Positions 20,390 through 27,885 of a stretch of DNA of 64,000 bases are shown piece by piece (positions within the stretch are counted from its first letter, which is position 1; the number at the start of each line of letters is the position of its first letter). This DNA comes from a virus. The DNA lies in the IMG/VR virus record IMGVR_UViG_3300028920_000073. One strand, given 5' to 3'. The notes under the pieces are model-generated. The model was not told the origin of the DNA. It was given only the letters and a program-made list of their open reading frames with translations, and did not search any database. Position numbers and translations under genes: made by a program.

Positions 20390-21014
20390 TAATGTTCCAG
20401 TAGTTAAAAATTCAGAAGAATTTGAACTACAAGTTGATAATAGTATAAGAGAATTCCTTAGTCAAGGAATGTATGTTGATGATATTGCTATTAAGCTTGA
20501 TGTATCTATTGAAAGAATAAAAAATGTTCAAAGATTAGGTTTAATAGAACAGGATACGTCAAATCCAGAAGTTAAAAATCCAAAAAAACTATTTAAAAGA
20601 AAATTAGAAGAAGTTATACAAGCTTCAGATATAGCATTTATGGAATATAAGCTATATCCAAGTCTTGATAATCAAATAAACCTAACTTCTTTTATTAAAT
20701 CGTCTAAGGAGGTTTTAGAAGAGCTTAACTCGATGTTTGATGGTCAAGAAGCATCGGAAACTCTTGTTAATGAAATAATAAAACCAATGCTTAAAAATAT
20801 TATTGATCTTGTTTATGAAAAACTAAAAGAAGCTGAAAAAGAATTCGGCAAATATATGAATGAACAAGCACAAGAAATGACAAAAGATTTTGTTAAAAGA
20901 ACAATGAAACAGCTTGGTAAAGAAATGCTTAAATCATATGGTACATCATTAGAAAAAATAGAAAAACTAATGTCATCTGATTTGAAAAATTTAAAACCGG
21001 AAAAAAAGAAATGA
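20382..21014 (+). CDS. HTH-containing helical protein (terminase small subunit candidate)
   Basis: N-terminal HTH-like QGMYVDDIAIKLDVSIERIK followed by long helices. Confidence 0.45.
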   Translation: MISNVPVVKNSEEFELQVDNSIREFLSQGMYVDDIAIKLDVSIERIKNVQRLGLIEQDTSNPEVKNPKKLFKRKLEEVIQASDIAFMEYKLYPSLDNQINLTSFIKSSKEVLEELNSMFDGQEASETLVNEIIKPMLKNIIDLVYEKLKEAEKEFGKYMNEQAQEMTKDFVKRTMKQLGKEMLKSYGTSLEKIEKLMSSDLKNLKPEKKK

Positions 21015-23914
21015 CAGCTATCCCATTAAAAACTTTTAGTAGAGATACCACAGCAGAATTATATGTATCTTTTTTTGAAGATGCTTCTATGACTGTTCCT
21101 TTAGAACCTAGTGATCCTTCAAAGTATCCTAGTTATAGTATATGTAATCCAGATGGGATTGTTGTTGATACAGGAGTTACAACATTAGTAGGTGCTGGTG
21201 ACTATAAAGTATCTTACTATATTCCTCTTGATGCTAAACTAACAAACGATTCTCAAAAATACACAATACAATATACATTACTTACAAATACAAACAGACA
21301 GATACAAAAAGAAGATGTTTTTAGTGTATGTGATAAAACGATTGCAAACGAAGACGACAGAGAAATAATAGGAATAGGTATTGAGAATAAACCTGTAAGA
21401 ATATCAAACAGATTTCCATTCCAACCAGAAGAATTAAAACTGGAGGTATATCAAAGTAGTGCTCCAAACAGAGAAGACTGTGCTTTAGTAACTGAAATTG
21501 ATAAAGATCATATATCAGGTCCTGTTATTGAAGGTGATAGCTTTGGTTATTATGTAGATGTACCTATTGCAAAAAAAGGTGATTACACTGCATTGTGGTC
21601 TATAAGAGAAACAGTGTTATCTGAAGAGCAACATGAGTTTAAACAACTAAGAATTGTTGAAAAAGGAATGCTCAAACACATATCTTCTTTGAGAATTTTA
21701 ATTGATAGATTTCAAAAAAGATTAGGTGCTCCAAATGCTTATCAAGATTCTGATCTTGTTGAATTTCTACATAAAGGATTACAACTTATAAACAGTTGGT
21801 ATCCACCTAATGTTCCTATGATATTTTCAATATGTAATATGCCTCAAGCATACGATGTATTTCTAATGATTGCATCTGGATGGTATGGATTACAGAGTCA
21901 ATACCTATTAGAAACTGATTTAAGCTTCAGCTTTTGTGTGGATGAAGATACATTAATAAATACCGAAAAAGGATTAGTACCTATTAAGTATTTAGATCAT
22001 AATAGATTCAACAAAGAAATTATGAAAGAAACAGCTTCTTTTATTGTGAGAAAGGAAGATAAAAAAATATTAACAAACGTAATTAAAAATTTCAATGGTG
22101 TTCCTGCTTATGCTCAAGAAATACTGGATAAAACAAATATAGATCTTACAGCACAAAAGTTAGGATTATTGTTTACCAGATTAGGATTAAATAAATTTAG
22201 AGCATCAGATGGTGCAGGATATTATACTTGGGATATAAACGACCAGTTTATCACTAGTATATTTAATATGGGAATTTTAAATACTAAATTAAAAGTTAAA
22301 CAATTTGACAGTCATTTTAATTTAGATACTCCTGATGGTGTGCAAGAACCTGTAACTGTTTGGGATCTTGGGTATAAAGATACATTAGAATATACAACTA
22401 GATTAGGATATTCATTAAAAGCTACAGAAAATCATCCTGTGTTAACTCTTGATAAAAATTGTAATTTTAAACAAAAGAGAATGGATGAATTAAAAGATAA
22501 CGATTATGTAGCAATCAATAAAAATTTTAATGAATTAGAAAGTTGGGATGTATCTTTTAAACCCATTAAAAAATATATTGAAAAAATAAAAACAATAACT
22601 GAAGATAAAGCTGCTTTTGGAAGTGGAAGTTCTATTAACTTACCTGATGAAATGACTCCTGAACTTGCTAGAGTATTAGGTTATTTAATATCTGAAGGAT
22701 CTATTGAAAAAAATGGAAGAGTTAGTTTCTGTAATTCCGATGATAGATTACATAAAGATTATATAAATTGTTTCAGAAAAGTTTTTGGTATAAGTCCAAA
22801 AGATGAAGGAGGTTATACAACAGAAGGAGGAAAATATGTTCATTATTCTGGAATCAATAGTTCTAAACTAGTGAAATTCCTAAGTGCAATAGGATGTGGC
22901 GTAAAAACAGCAAGATATAAAGAAGTACCTTGGTCTATACTTCAATCTCCTAAACATATTGCAAAAGAATTTCTTATTACTTTCTTTGAAGGAGATGGTT
23001 GTGCTTGGGAAGACCAAATATTCTTTTCCTCCAGTAGTAAAAAGATGCTTAGTCAAATGCAATCTTTATTATTAAGATTTGGTATAATAAGCAGATTAGA
23101 TAAAGGACAACTTTGCCACTTTGAAGGATATGAAACCAAAAATAAAGTATATGCTTTAACTGTTAGAGGTCCTTCGTTAGTTACATATTCAGAAGAACTG
23201 GGTTGGTTTATAAAAGGTAAAGACTTTAAGGAAAAAACCAAATATTATCCTAAAAGAGAAGCCTTACCTGATTTTGTTTTACATTATGTAAGATCTTTAG
23301 TAACAAATAATGATGGTAAAAAACATTCCTGTTGGAGAAATCATCCAACAACAGGAAAACGTGTTAAGATTTCTTTAAGCTTCAGACCTTATTGTGATTA
23401 TTATGCTAAAACAATAACTTATGAACACTTAGAAAAATATTTTAATGATAAAAAAGAAACTCTTAAAATATTTGAACCAAAAGCTTATAAAAAAATAAAA
23501 AGAATATTAAAGTATAAGTATCAATGGGATAATATAACTAGTATAGAAAAATCAGGAAAAGCAAGAGTATATGATCCTACATTACCAACATTATTCAATA
23601 AAAAGAATAAACCTACATTGATGTCTAACTTATTTTATACTAATGGAATGGTAACACATAATTCTGGACAAACATCTACCTTAGATTATGATAGAACAGG
23701 AAACATAGATTCTGCTTTGGCAAGAATGATAGAATATCTAAATGAACATCTAACTAAATTAAAAACTGCTATGGGAAGAAGTGCAAATCTTGGTACTGTA
23801 GGAGTAAGACCTTACAGAATAGGATCATACCAAAATATTGTTAGAAGAGTAAATGTGATGTTTCCAGGTGACAGAGTTGAAGACTTATTTGTACACATAG
23901 GATTAAATCCGTAA
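21011..23914 (+). CDS. Head-tail adaptor/neck protein with one intein (about 391 aa after splicing)
   Basis: C-terminal extein LRILIDR...YQDSDLVEFLHKGLQLIN...QSQYLLETDLSFSF|SGQTSTLDYDR resembles head-tail connector fold; N-terminal Ig-like beta domains. Confidence 0.6.
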   Translation: MTAIPLKTFSRDTTAELYVSFFEDASMTVPLEPSDPSKYPSYSICNPDGIVVDTGVTTLVGAGDYKVSYYIPLDAKLTNDSQKYTIQYTLLTNTNRQIQKEDVFSVCDKTIANEDDREIIGIGIENKPVRISNRFPFQPEELKLEVYQSSAPNREDCALVTEIDKDHISGPVIEGDSFGYYVDVPIAKKGDYTALWSIRETVLSEEQHEFKQLRIVEKGMLKHISSLRILIDRFQKRLGAPNAYQDSDLVEFLHKGLQLINSWYPPNVPMIFSICNMPQAYDVFLMIASGWYGLQSQYLLETDLSFSFCVDEDTLINTEKGLVPIKYLDHNRFNKEIMKETASFIVRKEDKKILTNVIKNFNGVPAYAQEILDKTNIDLTAQKLGLLFTRLGLNKFRASDGAGYYTWDINDQFITSIFNMGILNTKLKVKQFDSHFNLDTPDGVQEPVTVWDLGYKDTLEYTTRLGYSLKATENHPVLTLDKNCNFKQKRMDELKDNDYVAINKNFNELESWDVSFKPIKKYIEKIKTITEDKAAFGSGSSINLPDEMTPELARVLGYLISEGSIEKNGRVSFCNSDDRLHKDYINCFRKVFGISPKDEGGYTTEGGKYVHYSGINSSKLVKFLSAIGCGVKTARYKEVPWSILQSPKHIAKEFLITFFEGDGCAWEDQIFFSSSSKKMLSQMQSLLLRFGIISRLDKGQLCHFEGYETKNKVYALTVRGPSLVTYSEELGWFIKGKDFKEKTKYYPKREALPDFVLHYVRSLVTNNDGKKHSCWRNHPTTGKRVKISLSFRPYCDYYAKTITYEHLEKYFNDKKETLKIFEPKAYKKIKRILKYKYQWDNITSIEKSGKARVYDPTLPTLFNKKNKPTLMSNLFYTNGMVTHNSGQTSTLDYDRTGNIDSALARMIEYLNEHLTKLKTAMGRSANLGTVGVRPYRIGSYQNIVRRVNVMFPGDRVEDLFVHIGLNP
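21935..23662 (+). mobile_element. Intein in neck/adaptor protein (576 aa, LAGLIDADG HEN, extra N-terminal insert)
   Basis: CVDEDT...GMVTHN|S; VLGYLISEG and FLITFFEGDG motifs. Confidence 0.92.
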
Positions 23915-24322
23915 ATGAAAATAATTAAATATTTACTACTGTTTATATGTCTAAACTTTGGAGGAGATCTTACAGGGGGGTTTGAAGATGCAGATGGTTT
24001 TGATGAAAATACTTATGAAGAAGATCCAAAGGAAACATATCAACAAGAACAAGTAATACCTCCTCCAGAAAAAAATGAGTTAGGAATTCCGAAAATTGAT
24101 CCAAATAAATTAGCATTACTTAGAAGTTTTATAGTAAGTCTGGATACTATGCAATGTGATTCATTATTTCATTTAAGAAATAAACTCCTAGAAAAGGAAC
24201 ACACTGCAAAAGAAGAAGTAACAAGCGATCTTTATTCTTTTTTAGTAGATGTTGTTATGGATAAAGCCAGAAAAAAAAGATGTCCACTGGTTTCTGATTC
24301 TGTTGAGGGGCACAATGAATAA
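23915..24322 (+). CDS. Secreted acidic protein
   Basis: N-terminal signal peptide, acidic low-complexity segment, two distal Cys. Confidence 0.55.
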   Translation: MKIIKYLLLFICLNFGGDLTGGFEDADGFDENTYEEDPKETYQQEQVIPPPEKNELGIPKIDPNKLALLRSFIVSLDTMQCDSLFHLRNKLLEKEHTAKEEVTSDLYSFLVDVVMDKARKKRCPLVSDSVEGHNE

Positions 24323-24776
24323 AGTTTTGATAGTTATGATAACTTTGTATGTTGGTTTAGCTTTTACTCAAGTTGACTTATTGTTACAAGACATAAAAAA
24401 CAAAGAACAAGACTTAACTGAAGCTGTTAAAAAATCTACCACTGTTGCAGTTAAAACAGACGAGATAAAATCAGATGTTAAAAAGAAAAAGTATGGATTA
24501 AAATTACACGAATCTTATTATAGACTTTGGTTATCTTTGGCTTTAATATTTAGCTCTACCGCATTTTTAGTAATAATATTAAAATATGTAAAAGACGTAG
24601 ATAAGGAAACACTGGTTACAGTCGTAGGGCTTATATTGGTAATACAAGGGTCTTTATACATAGTCACAGCATCAATATCTTCAGAAGCTTTAACAGCAGC
24701 AATCGGTCTACTGGCAGCCGTAGGAGGTTATGTACTTAGAGGTGTTGGTGATAAATTTAAGGAAGAAAAAGGATGA
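24315..24776 (+). CDS. Membrane protein (signal + coiled coil + 3 TM)
   Basis: SD GAGGGG favours ATG 24315; three hydrophobic helices. Confidence 0.65.
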   Translation: MNKVLIVMITLYVGLAFTQVDLLLQDIKNKEQDLTEAVKKSTTVAVKTDEIKSDVKKKKYGLKLHESYYRLWLSLALIFSSTAFLVIILKYVKDVDKETLVTVVGLILVIQGSLYIVTASISSEALTAAIGLLAAVGGYVLRGVGDKFKEEKG

Positions 24777-24850
24777 GGGCATTTATGCGGATTTACTAGG
24801 AATAATCGGAGACTGGCCTAGCTCCTAGTGTAAACAGTCTCTCTCATCTT
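24770..24850 (+). ncRNA. Candidate structured RNA element (pseudoknot closed by a 10-bp stem)
   Basis: P1 24770-79/24841-50; S1 24795-801/24823-29 (or 24796-800/24817-21); S2 24810-15/24835-40; 44% GC. Confidence 0.55.
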
Positions 24851-24858
24851 AAAAAATA

Positions 24859-25095
24859 ATGTGTAACAAATATAGAACTTTAAGAGAATATACACACGTT
24901 GCTAGTAAGGAACATTGGTGTGATAATTGTATGTCATATATTAGTCCTGGAGAGATGTATGAAGGTTCTGTTCAAATTTGTGGAGGAAAATTTATAGTGT
25001 ATAAAAGACACATTCACCCAAGATGCGAATTTCCAGATGAACCTGACGATTATAAAGAAATGGAAATGAAACAAGAATATAGAATGGCAGCATAA
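24859..25095 (+). CDS. Small phage zinc-finger protein with ssrA-like C-terminus (EYRMAA)
   Basis: HWCDNC..ISPGEMY...HIHPRC; no SD before the ATG. Confidence 0.7.
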   Translation: MCNKYRTLREYTHVASKEHWCDNCMSYISPGEMYEGSVQICGGKFIVYKRHIHPRCEFPDEPDDYKEMEMKQEYRMAA

Positions 25096-25102
25096 ATCAT
25101 AA

Positions 25103-25115
25103 TAACACAAAAACA
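25103..25115 (+). promoter_or_regulatory. TAACACAA leader motif
   Basis: TAACACAAAAACA followed by GGAGG. Confidence 0.55.
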
Positions 25116-25146
25116 GGAGGTTTAATAAACAAATTAGGAGAAATAT

Positions 25147-25467
25147 ATGATATTGCTAATACTAGCGTTATTCCTTTTGTCGTGTGATTATGATTCTTGT
25201 TACGATTGTACTATAACGGAAACAGATACTCTTTACTTGGAGAAAACAGATACCCTTTATATTGAATCTAAAACTGTAAAACCTTATAACTATTTAAGGA
25301 TAGATACATTAAAAGATGAACCTTATAACTGGTATGCTATGAAATTTAAAGATTTTGATTACTATACTGTATGTTATGCTTTTGGAGTTGAAGCATATTG
25401 TGTAGAAGTTAATTCATGCCCAATAGATGAAAACTTTAAAGAAATAAATTATCATGGGGAGTTCTAA
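25147..25467 (+). CDS. Lipoprotein
   Basis: Hydrophobic signal ending in lipobox LLSC; internal TDTLYLE/TDTLYIE repeat. Confidence 0.7.
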   Translation: MILLILALFLLSCDYDSCYDCTITETDTLYLEKTDTLYIESKTVKPYNYLRIDTLKDEPYNWYAMKFKDFDYYTVCYAFGVEAYCVEVNSCPIDENFKEINYHGEF

Positions 25468-25616
25468 TGATTGGTATCAAAAGTATGTTAAAAATAATTG
25501 CGACAGAAGCAGTTGAAGAATTTCCAGAAGAAAATGAAAATGAAAATCCAAGTATACCTTTTAAATTAAAAGTGATTAAAAAAGAAGATAATACATTAGA
25601 CTGGATTGACGATTAA
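25467..25616 (+). CDS. Small acidic hypothetical protein (49 aa)
   Basis: TAATG overlaps at both ends; below ORF-track cutoff. Confidence 0.55.
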   Translation: MIGIKSMLKIIATEAVEEFPEENENENPSIPFKLKVIKKEDNTLDWIDD

Positions 25617-25927
25617 TGAATAAAGCATATAAAATATTATCCAAAGCTGGCATTAATTATATTATCCAAAGTGAAAGTAAAGTTGATATTGATGACCTAG
25701 TTAAAAGATCCAAAGAGATACTTAAACAAAAGAAAGTGGCTGAAGATGATTACAAAAAATCTGTATCAAAAATTAAGAAGTCTGGTATAAGTAAAAGAAT
25801 AAAACTACAAAGTAACTATCTTAAAGATGATACTGTTAAAAATACTATATACATGGCTATGGGTATTTTAGAGGATATTCTTAAAATACCTAAAACAACT
25901 AAATATATGTTAAGTATTGTGAAGTAG
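25616..25927 (+). CDS. Basic hypothetical protein
   Basis: 103 aa, coupled. Confidence 0.65.
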   Translation: MNKAYKILSKAGINYIIQSESKVDIDDLVKRSKEILKQKKVAEDDYKKSVSKIKKSGISKRIKLQSNYLKDDTVKNTIYMAMGILEDILKIPKTTKYMLSIVK

Positions 25928-26127
25928 CCAATAAAGAGCATTGGTGCGATAACTGTATGTCTTATATTCTACCAGGAGAAATGTATGAAGGTAGAGTAGA
26001 GATATGTGGTGGAAAATTTATAGTTTTAAAACGTCATGTAAGCCCCTTATGTGAATGGCCAGAAGACCCAGATCCTGATGAGTACAAAGAGATTGAAATT
26101 GAACATGAATACAAAATGGCGGCTTAA
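25903..26127 (+). pseudogene. Paralog of the 24859 zinc-finger gene lacking a canonical start (ends EYKMAA)
   Basis: VANKEHWCDNCMSYILPGEMYEGRVEICGGKFIVLKRHV...EYKMAA*; in-frame TAA at 25900, only ATA upstream of the homologous region. Confidence 0.7.
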
Positions 26128-26224
26128 ATTAAACAATAATTTTAAAAAAAATTAATAAGAAATAAAAGTTATTGTAAATGTTAGATTTTTTTAAATAAAC
26201 ATACAATCAACAAAGGAGAAAAAA

Positions 26225-26407
26225 ATGCCAAAAGGAAGAGGACAAGGTAGTTGCGGTGGTACACCAAGAAGAGACGGTTCTGGTGGTGGCATCGGAAATC
26301 GAGGAATAAAAAGAGGGGGACAAGGTAATTGTGATGGTATACCAAGAAGAGACGGTTCTGGTGGTGGCATCGGAAATCGAAATACAATAAATCAACCAAA
26401 AAAATAA
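26225..26407 (+). CDS. Gly/Arg-rich small protein with two 26-aa repeats
   Basis: SD AAGGAG; GQGxCxGxPRRDGSGGGIGNR x2. Confidence 0.7.
   Translation: MPKGRGQGSCGGTPRRDGSGGGIGNRGIKRGGQGNCDGIPRRDGSGGGIGNRNTINQPKK
26240..26380 (+). repeat. 78-nt-period tandem duplication
   Basis: 40-nt identical block at 26263-26302 and 26341-26380. Confidence 0.9.
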
Positions 26408-26420
26408 ATAAAAAATAAAT

Positions 26421-26465
26421 CTAGCCTACCTTCTATTTGACTTTTAAAATATGAAGGTAGGATAG
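26421..26465. terminator. Hairpin, possible terminator (U-tract only on - strand)
   Basis: CCTACCTTC 26425-33 / GAAGGTAGG 26453-61; A-rich tract upstream. Confidence 0.4.
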
Positions 26466-26506
26466 AAATATGATGAATATAATATCACAAAATCATAGGA
26501 ACATTT

Positions 26507-26761
26507 ATGAAAAACGGTCCCTTGACAGAAGGTAAAACAAAAAGCCAACATAAAAAAATTGAACACTTTGGTCTTGAACCTCCTCCACCACCTCCTCCTA
26601 GACCTACAGGTGAAATAATAATGGAAGGGTTTACTAAACCTCATAGAACACTGGGATCATTCATATCTAAATTATTTAAAAAAGAAGAAAATAATCAAGG
26701 TGGAGGATATCAACCTTTACCTAGAAAATATACAGGACAAACACCACCTTTTAAACCGTAA
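26507..26761 (+). CDS. Pro-rich small protein
   Basis: GPLTEGKTK...PPPPPPPRP. Confidence 0.65.
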   Translation: MKNGPLTEGKTKSQHKKIEHFGLEPPPPPPPRPTGEIIMEGFTKPHRTLGSFISKLFKKEENNQGGGYQPLPRKYTGQTPPFKP

Positions 26762-26762
26762 C

Positions 26763-27875
26763 AATTTAACCTGGAAGGAGCGTAACTATAAGGAGATATC
26801 ATGATTAGACAATTTATCGAATCAATCAAGGAGGAGAAAGAAGGTTATTCTTTTGACCGACCTTGGAGATTAGAAGAGAAGTCGCTAGGCGTAATTTTAC
26901 CTATTATTCGCAAAACGGATAAGAAACGAGATTACATCACTTTTGCAGAAGCTCAACAAATTAAAGTTGAGGATACAGGTCAAATAGATCATGTATATGT
27001 AAAAAATGATGAAGACAAGTCAGTGTTTATTTCAAGAGGTGAAATCTTTAGAGGTAAGACACAAGAACGAGCGGCAATTCACGGTTACATAATACCTTCA
27101 GGTAAAGGACTAAGAGTTGCTGTAAGATGTATTCATCAAAGTAAGGGAATATCAAGTGGAGCTGAAATGGAGTATGGTGGAAGAGCACCTTATTCTATAG
27201 ATTTTTCAGATCAAAGCAAAACTTGGAATACTGTACATCAATATAGTTCATCAGTAAGAGGAGAATCTACTCCAGAAACTCTTTGTTCTACAAATATAAG
27301 AGAGGGTGCTGTTTTGGATGATCTTGTTTTCGGATCAACTGGTGGACCCAACATACTGAGAACTATGGAAATGAATATGGGTGCTCAAGGACCACAAGGT
27401 AATATGGGTTCTCAAGGTATCCAAGGTTCTGATGACTTAGTGAATACAATAGGAGAGCTTTCAGGTTCAATAAAAGAGGCAATGAAAAGAATCCCTTTTA
27501 TTGAGAATCAAGCAGGAGCTATCTTTTTCAAAGAGAATGAACTTATGGGTATGGATGTTTATGACGTACCCGAATCATGGGATTCTGTAAAAAAGGATAT
27601 CGTGGAAAAAGAAGGTTCAGACTTTATGGAAAGAGAAGATGAAACAGAAATGTTTGAGTTTAAACCTGAAAAGGCAGTAGCTCTAGCAAAGAAAAAATTA
27701 TCCGTGGATTTTGAAGAAAAAGAAATTTACAACAAAGAATATAAAGTTGTAGAAATCAGATCTAAAAAGGTTCTCGGAGAAGCGACTATTTTTAATAACT
27801 GTGTTATTCATTTAACACTTTGGAAAAAACAATAATTAATTAATCATGCTCCTTTCAGGTTTCTTTAATTTAACC
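26763..27875 (+). mobile_element. Putative inserted gene cassette carrying ARPP-1 gene
   Basis: 9-bp direct repeat AATTTAACC at 26763 and 27867; 16-bp inverted repeat 26768-83/27846-61. Confidence 0.45.
26801..27835 (+). CDS. ARPP-1 (DUF6569-like) domain protein
   Basis: YITFAEA...VYVKN...VFISRGEIFRGKTQER...VRCIHQ pattern matches the family as recalled. Confidence 0.65.
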   Translation: MIRQFIESIKEEKEGYSFDRPWRLEEKSLGVILPIIRKTDKKRDYITFAEAQQIKVEDTGQIDHVYVKNDEDKSVFISRGEIFRGKTQERAAIHGYIIPSGKGLRVAVRCIHQSKGISSGAEMEYGGRAPYSIDFSDQSKTWNTVHQYSSSVRGESTPETLCSTNIREGAVLDDLVFGSTGGPNILRTMEMNMGAQGPQGNMGSQGIQGSDDLVNTIGELSGSIKEAMKRIPFIENQAGAIFFKENELMGMDVYDVPESWDSVKKDIVEKEGSDFMEREDETEMFEFKPEKAVALAKKKLSVDFEEKEIYNKEYKVVEIRSKKVLGEATIFNNCVIHLTLWKKQ

Positions 27876-27885
27876 GGAGAATACT

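Noticed and set aside
24774-24821. Selenocysteine or readthrough extension of the 24315 gene
   Set aside because: Readthrough of the TGA adds only 14 codons before TAG, with no recognisable motif; kept only as a minor alternative
24795-24841. HDV-like/theta ribozyme
   Set aside because: Strand order is similar, but only 7 nt separate the would-be P2 and P1', too few for P3/L3, and P1 does not start with the G-U pair
26437-26483. Sigma70 promoter (TTGACT ... TATAAT)
   Set aside because: Spacing between the hexamers is about 35 nt, not 16-18
24770-26590. Complete tmRNA or tRNA gene
   Set aside because: No tRNA-like acceptor or T-arm (GGTTCRANTCC...CCA) found; CTCCACCA near 26583 is poly-Pro coding; the ORF after the pseudoknot is 78 aa, far longer than a tag
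26763-27875. Integron cassette (ATTTAAC matches RYYYAAC)
   Set aside because: The palindrome arms are at opposite ends of the gene and the core would lie at the loop side, unlike attC; no integron integrase is present
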